Below are positions 28,799-38,452 of a stretch of 64,000 bases of DNA, piece after piece. The number at the start of each line of letters is the position of its first letter. The first letter of the stretch is position 1. This stretch comes from an uncultured Candidatus Saccharibacteria bacterium (GTDB lineage: Bacteria > Patescibacteriota > Doudnabacteria > UBA920 > 2-01-FULL-46-14). The DNA lies in contig CAZMCQ010000002.1 in the NCBI GenBank assembly GCA_964565195.1, positions 82,161-146,160 on the forward strand. The letters run 5' to 3'. The notes below the pieces were generated by a model that worked only from the letters and a program-made list of their open reading frames with translations, was not told where the DNA came from and searched no databases. Both the position numbers and the translations under genes were made by a program.

Positions 28799-29186
28799 GC
28801 GCTTTAGAGCATGGGAGGCGCCAAAGATCGAGAGTGGCCGGCTCACCCGCTGGAACTGGCTCGTGCAGGATGCGGACAATTTGGAGCTGGGCACGCGCAC
28901 GGATATTGGGGCTTTTACGTATATCAATGCCAAATACGGAGTGGTGATCGAGGATGATGTGCAGATCGGCTCGCACTGCTCGATCTACAGCGCCTCCACG
29001 ATCGACAACAAGCAGGGCCGGGTGGTATTGAAAAAGAACTGCAAAATCGGCACGCACAGCGTGGTAATGCCGGGCGTTATAGTCGGCGAGAATTCGATCA
29101 TTGGCGCATTTTCATTCGTCAACCGCGATGTGCCGCCAAATTCTGTTGCCTATGGCATTCCGGCAAAGGTCAGGAGAAATCTATAA
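28791..29186 (+). CDS. Hexapeptide-repeat acyltransferase
   Basis: Left-handed beta-helix repeats, IGAFSFVNRDVP, GIPAK. Confidence 0.9.
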   Translation: MSERFRAWEAPKIESGRLTRWNWLVQDADNLELGTRTDIGAFTYINAKYGVVIEDDVQIGSHCSIYSASTIDNKQGRVVLKKNCKIGTHSVVMPGVIVGENSIIGAFSFVNRDVPPNSVAYGIPAKVRRNL

Positions 29187-29188
29187 CA

Positions 29189-30313
29189 ATGCCAACCTAC
29201 CAAATGGCTAAACCGCATATTGGCAAGGCCGAGATTGACGCGGTCAAGCGCGTGTTGGAGAGCGGCGTTTTGAGTCTGGGGCCGAAGCATCGCGAATTTG
29301 AACAGGCACTGGCAAAGCGAATCGGCACCAAATATGCCGCATCAGTTTCGAACGGCACCGCTGGGCTGCATTTGGCAATGATTGCCGCAGGAATCGGGCC
29401 GGGCGATGAAGTAATCACGACGCCGTTTTCTTTTGTGGCTTCCGCCAATTCGATCCTGTTTGTCGGCGCAAAGCCGATTTTCGTGGATATTGATCCGGTG
29501 ACTTACAATTTGGATCCGCGTTATATCGAGGAGGCGATTACGAAAAAGACTAAAGCCATTTTGGCGGTGCATATCTTCGGCCAGGGCGCGGATATGGATC
29601 CGATCATGAAAATCGCCAGAAAGCACAAGCTCATAGTTTTGGAAGATGCCTGCGAGTCGCTGGGAGCGACTTATAAAGGCAAAAAACTTGGCACATTTGG
29701 GCAGTCGTCGGTGTTCGCGTTTTACGCGAACAAGCAGATCACGACCGGTGAGGGCGGCATGGTCTGCACAAACAGCAAACGGGTTTATGATCTCTCAAAG
29801 AGTCTTTCCAATCAGGGCCGCAGCGGCAATATGCAGTGGCTTGACCACGCGCGGCTTGGCTATAACTACCGGCTCAATGAGATGAGCGCGGCTCTTGGGG
29901 TGGAGCAGCTGAAAAAACTTGATTTTCTGATTCAGGAGAGGAAAAAAATCGCGCGTTGGTATTCGAAATATTTAAAGAAATATTCGAAACTTGTGCAAAT
30001 CCCGAGGGTTGGCAAATACAATACTCATACTTGGCAAGTTTATGTGACCAAGATTTTGCGCCGCGATGTGAACCGCGACAGATTGATTGAGAACTTGGCC
30101 AAGTGCGGTATAAGCTCCAAACCGTATCTGCCGTCCATTCACCTTTTTAGTTTTTATCGCAAGCAGTTCGGCTATAAGCCCGGGTCTTATCCGATCGCCG
30201 AGGATTTGAGCCGCTATTCCCTGGCCCTGCCGTTCTATATCGGACTCAAAGAAAACGACGTCAAGCATATTTCTAATCAATTCATCAGCGCAATAGAGGA
30301 GTACAAAAAATGA
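29189..30313 (+). CDS. DegT/DnrJ/EryC1 PLP sugar aminotransferase
   Basis: SNGTAGLH, EDACE, FAFYANKQITTGEGG (catalytic Lys present), GYNYRL. Confidence 0.93.
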   Translation: MPTYQMAKPHIGKAEIDAVKRVLESGVLSLGPKHREFEQALAKRIGTKYAASVSNGTAGLHLAMIAAGIGPGDEVITTPFSFVASANSILFVGAKPIFVDIDPVTYNLDPRYIEEAITKKTKAILAVHIFGQGADMDPIMKIARKHKLIVLEDACESLGATYKGKKLGTFGQSSVFAFYANKQITTGEGGMVCTNSKRVYDLSKSLSNQGRSGNMQWLDHARLGYNYRLNEMSAALGVEQLKKLDFLIQERKKIARWYSKYLKKYSKLVQIPRVGKYNTHTWQVYVTKILRRDVNRDRLIENLAKCGISSKPYLPSIHLFSFYRKQFGYKPGSYPIAEDLSRYSLALPFYIGLKENDVKHISNQFISAIEEYKK

Positions 30314-31329
30314 CAATGTTCAAAAAGGACCGGACATTTATCATCGCGGAAGCCGGCATCAATCACAATGGCAGTTTTAATATTGCCAAGAAATTGATTG
30401 TCGCAGCGAAAGCGGTCGGCGCAGATGCCGTGAAATTCCAGGCCTTCAAAACCGGGGAGTTCATTATTAAGGAAGCGCGGAAGGCTGCGCACGTCAAAGG
30501 CCAGAAAAGTTTTTTTGAGCTCATCAAGAGCTGGGAGCTGAAAGAGCAGGATTATGTGAAGCTCGCTGCGTTCGCGAAGCGGCAGAAGATGATGTTCTTT
30601 GCCTCGGTCTTTGGTCCGAAGTCTATGAAAATGCTGGAAAAGATCCGCGTGCCGATTTACAAGATCGCGTCAATGGATCTTAATAACCACCCGTTCCTGC
30701 GCGCGGTAGCCAAAACGCGAAAGCCAGTCATAATTTCTACGGGTATGGGCAACCTGGTTGAGATCAGGCGCGCCGTTAAAATTTTAGAAAGTGGGCGCGG
30801 GGAAATCGGCATTCTGCACTGCGTCGCGCTTTATCCGCCGGAGGCCGGGGAATTTCATCTCGAAAAAATCGGAATTTTGAAAAAAATTTTCCCGCGCCAT
30901 ACCATCGGGTTCTCTGACCACAGCCTGGATATTTTAACGCCCGTTGCTGCGGCCGCTTTAGGCGCGCGAATCATCGAAAAGCATTTTACGCTGGATAAAA
31001 AAATGGCCGGTCCTGACCAGAGAAGCTCGGCTGATCCGAAGGAGTTTCGGAAAATGGTTGATCAGATTCGCTACCTCGAGAAAGCCATCACTGCTCCGGG
31101 CTCGAAGTTTGTGGCCGTGCCGCGCGAGCAGAAAATGAAAAGCGCCTTCCGCCGGAGCATTGTCACGGAAAGGGCAATAAAGAAGGGTGCGGTATTGCAC
31201 GAAAAAATGCTTGGCTTCAAGCGACCAGGCAGCGGCATCGCGCCTTCGGAGCTGCGGAAAATTGTGGGCAGAAAAGCCAAACGCGACCTTGCGCCGAACA
31301 CGATCATTAAATTTTCCGACTTAAGATGA
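30310..31329 (+). CDS. Nonulosonic acid synthase (NeuB/PseI/LegI family) with SAF domain
   Basis: IAEAGINHNG, KFQ, KIAS, GFSDHS, EKHFTLD, KRPG. Confidence 0.92.
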   Translation: MTMFKKDRTFIIAEAGINHNGSFNIAKKLIVAAKAVGADAVKFQAFKTGEFIIKEARKAAHVKGQKSFFELIKSWELKEQDYVKLAAFAKRQKMMFFASVFGPKSMKMLEKIRVPIYKIASMDLNNHPFLRAVAKTRKPVIISTGMGNLVEIRRAVKILESGRGEIGILHCVALYPPEAGEFHLEKIGILKKIFPRHTIGFSDHSLDILTPVAAAALGARIIEKHFTLDKKMAGPDQRSSADPKEFRKMVDQIRYLEKAITAPGSKFVAVPREQKMKSAFRRSIVTERAIKKGAVLHEKMLGFKRPGSGIAPSELRKIVGRKAKRDLAPNTIIKFSDLR

Positions 31330-32006
31330 GGAATATCTGTATCATTCCCGCCCGCGGCGGATCCAAACGCATTCCGAAAAAAAACATCGTGGATTTTCAC
31401 GGCCAGCCAATGATTGCCTACACGATCGGGGCAGCTCTGAAATCCGGCCTGTTCGGCAAGAACATATATATCAGTTCTGACTCAGAGAAAATATTGAAAG
31501 TCGCGCGGCGCTACAAAGGCGTCAGGACCATAAAGCGGCCATTGAAAATTTCTGATGATACAGCGTTGCTTGATTCGGTACTACTCCATTTTCTCGAGAA
31601 CGTTCCGGGCAAATTCGACAACTTGTGTCTACTCCTGCCGACATGCCCGCTTCGCAACGCCACTGATGTGAAAAGAGCTTACCGGCTCTTTTTGAAAAGC
31701 AAGGCGCCGGCGTTGATGAGTGTTGTGGCCTACAACTGGCTTTATCCGTTCTGGACCGTCGCGGAAAAGAACGGCATTGTCGATTTCTTCTTTGGTCGAA
31801 AGTATCTCGTGGACTCGAAACTTCTGCCCAAACACGTTTATTGCCCGGCGGGAGGCATTCGTTTCATGAAGGTCAAGAATTTTTTGCGCAAGCAGACATT
31901 CTACGGGCTGAAGGTCGCGAAATATGAGATCCCGTTCGAGCGCTCGGCGGATATAGATACTTACGACGATCTGGCCTTGGCCAAAAAACTTTTTGAACTT
32001 CAATGA
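31326..32006 (+). CDS. Acylneuraminate cytidylyltransferase (NeuA/PseF family)
   Basis: IPARGGSKRIPKKN, DIDT. Confidence 0.92.
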   Translation: MRNICIIPARGGSKRIPKKNIVDFHGQPMIAYTIGAALKSGLFGKNIYISSDSEKILKVARRYKGVRTIKRPLKISDDTALLDSVLLHFLENVPGKFDNLCLLLPTCPLRNATDVKRAYRLFLKSKAPALMSVVAYNWLYPFWTVAEKNGIVDFFFGRKYLVDSKLLPKHVYCPAGGIRFMKVKNFLRKQTFYGLKVAKYEIPFERSADIDTYDDLALAKKLFELQ

Positions 32007-32740
32007 CAAACGGCAACTGGAAAGTCTGGAATAAAAATGAGGAATATGGGCAGTTGCTCTATCGCCGCGCGATTGGAGAAGAGGCGGAAATGGAATCAGC
32101 CAAAGCGCTTTGTGAAATTTTAAAACCGTTCTACAAAAGCGGGATGACCGTGCTCGATGTGGGTTGCGGTGCCGGGCATTATTTGCGCAGTTTACGGATG
32201 CGCCTTGATCCAAAGGTCAATTACACTGGCGTGGATGCTACGGAAAAATATGTGGCGCTTGCGCGACAGGCCTTTCCCGAGGCGCGGTTCATTGTCGGCG
32301 ATATTTTTGCCTTACCGTTTAGAGACCGAGAATTTGATATCGTGATGTGCAACAATGTCCTCTATCATCTCCCGCCGCCGCCCGGAAAACCACTTTCTGA
32401 ACTTACGCGTGTGGCCAAAAAGCACGCGGTGATTCGCACCGTATTTGGCGAGCGCAACTATATCATCCGCGAGCTTCCGTATGAAGGTGAGATCATCCAC
32501 GCGGATGGGGAGATACCGAGCTTCAATTTTTTTAATATGTATACCGAGGATTATTACCGGAAAGTTCTGTCGCAAGCTGCGCCGGACTGGAAGATTGAGA
32601 TCATCCCGGATACTTTCTGGAAGGATTTCGACGTGCGCCAAGAGATTGACAATCCCACGGCGACGCACATCGTGGACGGCAAGCAGGTTTCGGGAAATTT
32701 AATTCTTGATTTCCGATTTATCGTTCTGGAAAGGAAATAG
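32003..32740 (+). CDS. Class I SAM-dependent methyltransferase
   Basis: VLDVGCGAG, LPF...FDIV. Confidence 0.88.
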   Translation: MTNGNWKVWNKNEEYGQLLYRRAIGEEAEMESAKALCEILKPFYKSGMTVLDVGCGAGHYLRSLRMRLDPKVNYTGVDATEKYVALARQAFPEARFIVGDIFALPFRDREFDIVMCNNVLYHLPPPPGKPLSELTRVAKKHAVIRTVFGERNYIIRELPYEGEIIHADGEIPSFNFFNMYTEDYYRKVLSQAAPDWKIEIIPDTFWKDFDVRQEIDNPTATHIVDGKQVSGNLILDFRFIVLERK

Positions 32741-32741
32741 T

Positions 32742-34247
32742 ATGGAGCTGCAAGGCAAGCGAATCTTAATCTTTCAGCAGCGGGATTGGGGCCGCCGGAT
32801 CGGCCATTTTTTGGCGAAGAAGCTGCAAAGCGAGGGCGCGCGCCTGGCGGCTTTGACGTTCAAGAACGAATCGCACCAGTTTGTTCTGGCGCAGAAAGAT
32901 GTGCGATATGATCTTATCATCAGTAACGACGCCGTCATGGCCGATCCCTTCAAATTTTTAGGCGGTGACAAAATTTCTCTCGAGGAAATTTGCGCCGACT
33001 TGGGGGTGGCTTCGGTTTGGCCGTTTATTTATTCGCTGCGAAATCACGTCAAAAACTACGGCGAAAAGTATTTCTATAGCTTTCGCCAGAATGTTCCGGA
33101 CGAGGAGATCGTGGCATATGCCAAGGCCGCTTACAAATATTTAAAGCGTTTTTTTGACGAGTTCCGACCGGAGGTTATTCTCGCCCCGAATTACGCGGAT
33201 ATCACGCATATTATGTGCAATCTCATGGCCCGAAAGCGCGGGGCCGTGATGCTGGTGCCCGTGGACTGCAAGGTTCGCGGAATAAGCGTTTTTTCGCGCA
33301 GTTTTCATGACGACCAAAGCCGGTTTTGTGCGCGAGTGGACGAATTAAACGCTGGCGCGGCCAAGAGCGGAAACCGCGAACGAGCGCGGCAATATATTGC
33401 CGAGTTTCGGCAGCGCTTCAAAAATCCGAAATATGCCGAGCAGCTGCTGCGCAAAAAATCTCCTTGGAAAACCCTGCGGCATAATTTGTCGCCCCTGCGA
33501 AAAATTTTGCGCTGGTACACAAGGAGACAGACCAACTATGTGCCGAGTCTGGGTGCGACGATTGACTACAAGCCGCCACGGATTATTTTGCGGGATTTTT
33601 TCGCAAATCGCCGGTACAAAAAATTTGCGCAAAATTTTCCTTACCATCCGTTAGAAAAACTTGGTAAATTTATCTATTTTCCCTTGCAGTTCCAGCCAGA
33701 GGCCACAATTGATGTGCAGGCGCCGTATTTCTCGAACCAGCTTGAGACCGCGCGCCTGGTGGCGATGTCCCTGCCCGGCGACTATACCCTGGCAGTAAAA
33801 GAGCACCCGGCCATGGTCGGCCACCGTTCGCCTTCTTATCTGGACAAGTTCGCGCGAACGGCCAATGTGACACTCATCGATCACCGGATCTCCTCTGGAG
33901 AAGTTTTTAAACAAGCTGACCTGATCGTGAGCCCCTCGAGCACGAGCATCGCGGAAGCCGCTTTTTACAATAAACCAGCGATCCAGCTTGGCGACCTTGG
34001 AACGACCCTGAAGCTGCCCAATGTTTTTAAACATTCGGATATGCCGACCTTGCCGCAAAAGATCAAGGAGGTGCTGAAGATTGATTTGCAAACGCCGGAT
34101 TACGAGCGGCGGCTCGAGAATTATGTTGCGGCCGCTTATGACACGGGCTTTGATTTTGATTATTTCGGCGTCTGGTATCATGGCGAAAAAGAAGATCTGG
34201 AAAAATTGTGGCAAATTTACCGCCGAGGAATTTTAAACGAGTTATGA
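32742..34247 (+). CDS. Capsule polysaccharide (KpsS-like) GT-B protein, candidate nonulosonate transferase
   Basis: FPLQFQPE, VKEHP, SST...EA motifs. Confidence 0.7.
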   Translation: MELQGKRILIFQQRDWGRRIGHFLAKKLQSEGARLAALTFKNESHQFVLAQKDVRYDLIISNDAVMADPFKFLGGDKISLEEICADLGVASVWPFIYSLRNHVKNYGEKYFYSFRQNVPDEEIVAYAKAAYKYLKRFFDEFRPEVILAPNYADITHIMCNLMARKRGAVMLVPVDCKVRGISVFSRSFHDDQSRFCARVDELNAGAAKSGNRERARQYIAEFRQRFKNPKYAEQLLRKKSPWKTLRHNLSPLRKILRWYTRRQTNYVPSLGATIDYKPPRIILRDFFANRRYKKFAQNFPYHPLEKLGKFIYFPLQFQPEATIDVQAPYFSNQLETARLVAMSLPGDYTLAVKEHPAMVGHRSPSYLDKFARTANVTLIDHRISSGEVFKQADLIVSPSSTSIAEAAFYNKPAIQLGDLGTTLKLPNVFKHSDMPTLPQKIKEVLKIDLQTPDYERRLENYVAAAYDTGFDFDYFGVWYHGEKEDLEKLWQIYRRGILNEL

Positions 34248-35527
34248 TGAAGATTATCTCCCAAATAAAAAAACACCTGGCGCGACCGCTGCTGGCCCTG
34301 GCTCTGCTCTTGGGAAGCGCCAAGCTCGCGGCCTGGATTTTATCAGTCGTCGCCTGGACAGTCGGTCGGGCCGAGCAGCGGATTTTGTGTTTGGGCCGGA
34401 CGATTTTTGTTGACGACATCAAAGCCATGGTGAGCTATTCCGGCCGGTTGCAATATTATGTGATTCACCGCCACTATTTTGAGCAAATTTTCAGTTATTT
34501 TTTAGGAAACGAGCGGAAGGAGGTAACCGAGTACAATTATCATGTTTCAGAGATTGGGAAATCAGGCAAAGAAAAATATTATCAATTTTTGTTTGAGATG
34601 TTGCCGCAGCTTCGGCGTGCTTTGGGGTTTTCCGCCATCCTTTCAGGCAATTTCGGCTATGTTGAGCAACAGGAACTTGCCAAAGTCGCGGAGACACAAG
34701 GTGTGCCAGTTATTGTTTTTCACAAAGAAGGAATGGATGTCTTCAAGGATCCAAAGCTCGTGTATAAAGATCTGCGTTTTATTGGTAAGAAAATGCTTTT
34801 GTACAATGACAGAATAAAAAATGAGTTTTTAAAGATGCGAGTTCCAGGATTCACTGAAAAAAATTCGGTTGTGGTAGGGATACCGCGCCTTGATCAATAC
34901 TTTGCTGCCGCCAATCCTGGAAACGACCGCCGCCAGGTAGTTCTATTTTCTTTTTACCCCAAAAGCTATTTGAGCTTTCTGGGCGCTGCCCCGGCGAATT
35001 ATGCGGAAATAGAAAAGCGGATGAACGATTTTCATATCTGGGCCATGCAGTATGCCAAAGCGAATCCAGAGGTAAAAGTCGTTATAAAAACCAAAGTGCC
35101 GCAGTATTACGTGGACTATGTCGTCTCGATGCGCGATCGGAATTTTCCAGAAGTAATTTCCAACCTTGAGATCACGAGCGAAAGAAGTTCCACAATCCTT
35201 ATTCCGGAGTCTTACGCCGTGATGAGTTTCAACTCTACAACCTTGATTGAGGCCTTGATTGCTGGTAAAATAATCCTTAGTCCTGATTTGCGTGATCTAG
35301 TGCCAGGGAACAACTGGAACTATTTTGAAGATCATCCCGAACTCGTAAATTACGTGCATTCGCGCGAGGAGTTATTTGCTATTTTAGATAATCCGGGGCG
35401 GAAAAATTATGCCGACGAGCAGAAGAATGATTTTTTGGAGAGTCTTATATCCACGCCGGATGGGCAGGCCGGCAAACGAGCAGAAAGCGAGATCATTAAC
35501 ACCATAGCCAATGCCAAAACAGCTTGA
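34244..35527 (+). CDS. Hypothetical GT-B-like surface-carbohydrate protein
   Basis: VGIPRLD, VIKTK, NSTTLIEAL, DGQAGKR pattern. Confidence 0.55.
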   Translation: MMKIISQIKKHLARPLLALALLLGSAKLAAWILSVVAWTVGRAEQRILCLGRTIFVDDIKAMVSYSGRLQYYVIHRHYFEQIFSYFLGNERKEVTEYNYHVSEIGKSGKEKYYQFLFEMLPQLRRALGFSAILSGNFGYVEQQELAKVAETQGVPVIVFHKEGMDVFKDPKLVYKDLRFIGKKMLLYNDRIKNEFLKMRVPGFTEKNSVVVGIPRLDQYFAAANPGNDRRQVVLFSFYPKSYLSFLGAAPANYAEIEKRMNDFHIWAMQYAKANPEVKVVIKTKVPQYYVDYVVSMRDRNFPEVISNLEITSERSSTILIPESYAVMSFNSTTLIEALIAGKIILSPDLRDLVPGNNWNYFEDHPELVNYVHSREELFAILDNPGRKNYADEQKNDFLESLISTPDGQAGKRAESEIINTIANAKTA

Positions 35528-36224
35528 AGTCAAAGTTCTTGGGATTATCCCGGCTCGTGGCGGATCGAAAAGCATCCCCTACAAAAATATTGTCCTCTTC
35601 CGCGGCAAGCCGCTTATTTACCATACCATCAAGGCGGCGAAGGCGGCAAAACTTCTTGATGCGGTTATCGTTTCAACAGATGACGAAAAAATTGCAGCAG
35701 TGGCGAGGTCGTTTGGCGCAGATGTGCCTTTCCTCCGGCCGAAGCGATTCGCCGGCGATAAATCGCCGGATTTGGAGTTTTTGCAACACGCACTATGGTG
35801 GCTGGAAAAGAACCGTGGTTGGCGGCCGGAAATTGTGGTCGTGCTCCGTCCTACCGCTCCGACGCGTCGCTCCGCGGATATCGACAAAGTGATCCGTATT
35901 ATACAGAACACTGGATGCGATTCCGTTCGGACGGTAACCATGCCCGACAAAAATCCTTTCAAAATGTGGTACTTTTCCGGGAAAGACGGGAGCGTCCTCC
36001 GGCCCTTCGCGCCGACCAAGCACTATTCCAAATGGGGAACTGACGTGCCGCGCCAGGCCCTGCCGAAGGTTTTCTGGCAGAACGCAATGGTGGACGCCAC
36101 GCGCGCGAAATTCATCAAGAAGGGGCGAGTGTACGGACGCGACATCCGCGGCGTGGTCGTTGATTCTGAACGCGCAATCGACATCGACACTTACCAAGAC
36201 TTAAAAGCGGTAAAGAGAAAGTAA
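35511..36224 (+). CDS. Second acylneuraminate cytidylyltransferase (NeuA family)
   Basis: IPARGGSKSIPYKN, VSTDD, PFLRP, PRQ.LP, DIDT. Confidence 0.92.
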   Translation: MPKQLEVKVLGIIPARGGSKSIPYKNIVLFRGKPLIYHTIKAAKAAKLLDAVIVSTDDEKIAAVARSFGADVPFLRPKRFAGDKSPDLEFLQHALWWLEKNRGWRPEIVVVLRPTAPTRRSADIDKVIRIIQNTGCDSVRTVTMPDKNPFKMWYFSGKDGSVLRPFAPTKHYSKWGTDVPRQALPKVFWQNAMVDATRAKFIKKGRVYGRDIRGVVVDSERAIDIDTYQDLKAVKRK

Positions 36225-36228
36225 ATTT

Positions 36229-36894
36229 ATGGACAAATATCTCAATGTCTTCTACAATTTTAACCTCAAACCCAAGACTGACTACCCCGCCAAGCTTGCG
36301 AACTATTTGATCAACCGGTATAAAATCCAACCGGGCGCCGAAATTTTAGATGTCGGCTGCGGCCGCGGCGATTTGCTTCGCGCGTTCGCCAAAGAGGGCC
36401 TTCTGACACAGGGACTCGACCTCATGCCCTATGACATGGAACTCACGGCCGGACTTCCAATCAAACACGCCAATTTTGAAAGCGAGAGATTTCCGTTTGA
36501 AGATGAAAGTTTTGATTTGGTTTTTTCCAAATCAGTGATCGAGCATCTGCACAAGCCGGATAATTTTCTGCGCGAGGCGCGTCGTGTTCTAAAGACCGGC
36601 GGGAGGCTCATCATCATGACTCCTGATTGGCAGACTCAGCTCTATACTTTTTACAACGATCACACGCACGTTCAGCCATATATCGTCTCTGGCCTCATAA
36701 ACGCGTTGAAACTTTATGAGCTTAATGATGTTACGGCGGAACTTTTCTACCAGCTGCCGTCAGTCTGGAAATTTCCTTTTCTAAAAATTTTCTACAAACC
36801 ACTCCAGCTTCTTTTTCCGGTCAAAAAGGTGAGGAAAAGTAGCTGGTGGCGGTGGGCAAGAGAATTAATGATTTTGGGTTCGGCGATAAAATAA
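36229..36894 (+). CDS. Class I SAM-dependent methyltransferase
   Basis: LDVGCGRG, FDLVFSKSVIEH, LKTGG. Confidence 0.9.
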   Translation: MDKYLNVFYNFNLKPKTDYPAKLANYLINRYKIQPGAEILDVGCGRGDLLRAFAKEGLLTQGLDLMPYDMELTAGLPIKHANFESERFPFEDESFDLVFSKSVIEHLHKPDNFLREARRVLKTGGRLIIMTPDWQTQLYTFYNDHTHVQPYIVSGLINALKLYELNDVTAELFYQLPSVWKFPFLKIFYKPLQLLFPVKKVRKSSWWRWARELMILGSAIK

Positions 36895-36895
36895 T

Positions 36896-38452
36896 ATGAA
36901 CTTTATTTCCAGTAATAAAAAATACGATTTTGAAGGTTTGTTTATTTTCGATATGGCGAACAATCACCAGGGCAGCGTGGAGCATGGCCTGCGAATCATC
37001 CGCGAGTTTGCGCCGGTGATCCGCGCGGCGGGCGTCCGCGCGGCCATGAAGTTTCAACTTCGCAACCTGGATACCTTTATTCATCCCGTGCATCATGAGA
37101 ACAAAGAAAATAAACATATCAGTCGCTTCCTCTCGACGCGGCTTTCCGATGCGGAGTTTCAAACTTTGACTGATGAATGTCGCAAACACGGCTTTATCCC
37201 GATGGCCACACCGTTCGATGAAGATTCAGTGGAACTTGCGAAACAATTGAACGTGGAGATTCTAAAAGTTGCGAGTTGTTCGGCGCGAGATTGGCCACTC
37301 CTAGAAAAAATTTCTGAAACCGGAAAACCAGTTGTCATCTCCACCGCTGGTCTGTCCGTAGACGACGTCGATAACCTCGTGAGCTTTTTCGATCACCGCG
37401 CGGTGCAATACGCGCTCATGCACTGCGTCGCCATTTATCCAACGCCGAGCCATCTCATGAATCTAGGGCGCATCAGTTTTATGAGGAAGCGCTACCCGCA
37501 TGTTCCTCTTGGTTTTTCTACGCATGAAGATCCGGACGATACCCACGTTATTGCTCTGGCTTATGCCAAAGGCGCGCGACTGTTTGAGCGCCATGTTGGC
37601 GTAGAAACGGAGCGCGTGAAGCTCAATGCCTACTCTTCTCGTCCCGAACAGATCAGAAAGTGGCTCAAAGCTTATGCGGAGGGCGTGGCCATGACTGGCG
37701 CAGCTGGGGGCCAGGAATATTCGCAGGACCAGAGCGAACAAGCATCACTGCGATCCCTGCAGCGCGGGGTGTTTGCGAAAAAAGATATTAAAAAGGACGA
37801 AGTGATCAAGCGTGATGATGTGTTTTTTGCCATGCCGCATCTAGCAGGACAGCTGCACAGCGGTAAATTTAAAACTGGTCTGGTTGCCGATCAGGATTAC
37901 CCGGCGCTCGTCCCGCTCTCGGCCGTGCTTGTCCCGGAGCGCCTCACCAAGAAGCAGATCATCTACCGCGTCCTGCACAAAGTCAAAGGCATGCTCCGCG
38001 AAGCCAATGTCGCGGTCAATCATGACTCGAGCGTGGAACTCTCGCACCACAAAGGCCTCGAAAATTTACAAGAGGTTGGCGCGGTTATCATTACCTGTAT
38101 CAATCGCGAATACTGCAAGAAGATCATTGTCATCCTGCCCGGGCAGATCCACCCGCAGCATTATCACGATAAGAAAGAAGAGTCCTTTCAGGTTTTGTCA
38201 GGGGAGCTGCATGTTGAAGTAAATGACAAACCGAAGATATTATTCCCCGGAGACATCCTGCTTATCCCGCGCGGCGTCTGGCACAGTTTCGCCGCGCCGG
38301 ACGGGGCGATTTTTGAAGAAGTCTCCACTATGCACTTTATGAATGATTCGGCCTATTCAGACAAAGAGATTGCCGCCATGAAACCCGAACAGCGTAAGAC
38401 ACAATTAATCAACTGGGGAGAACACCAATTCGATAACGTTGACGATCTATGA
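36896..38452 (+). CDS. NeuB-family synthase fused to SAF and C-terminal cupin (sugar-isomerase-like) domains
   Basis: MANNHQG, KFQ, HCVAIYP, FSTHE, ERH; C-terminal YCKK...HPQHYH..KEESF...G.WHSF...FEEVST. Confidence 0.85.
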   Translation: MNFISSNKKYDFEGLFIFDMANNHQGSVEHGLRIIREFAPVIRAAGVRAAMKFQLRNLDTFIHPVHHENKENKHISRFLSTRLSDAEFQTLTDECRKHGFIPMATPFDEDSVELAKQLNVEILKVASCSARDWPLLEKISETGKPVVISTAGLSVDDVDNLVSFFDHRAVQYALMHCVAIYPTPSHLMNLGRISFMRKRYPHVPLGFSTHEDPDDTHVIALAYAKGARLFERHVGVETERVKLNAYSSRPEQIRKWLKAYAEGVAMTGAAGGQEYSQDQSEQASLRSLQRGVFAKKDIKKDEVIKRDDVFFAMPHLAGQLHSGKFKTGLVADQDYPALVPLSAVLVPERLTKKQIIYRVLHKVKGMLREANVAVNHDSSVELSHHKGLENLQEVGAVIITCINREYCKKIIVILPGQIHPQHYHDKKEESFQVLSGELHVEVNDKPKILFPGDILLIPRGVWHSFAAPDGAIFEEVSTMHFMNDSAYSDKEIAAMKPEQRKTQLINWGEHQFDNVDDL

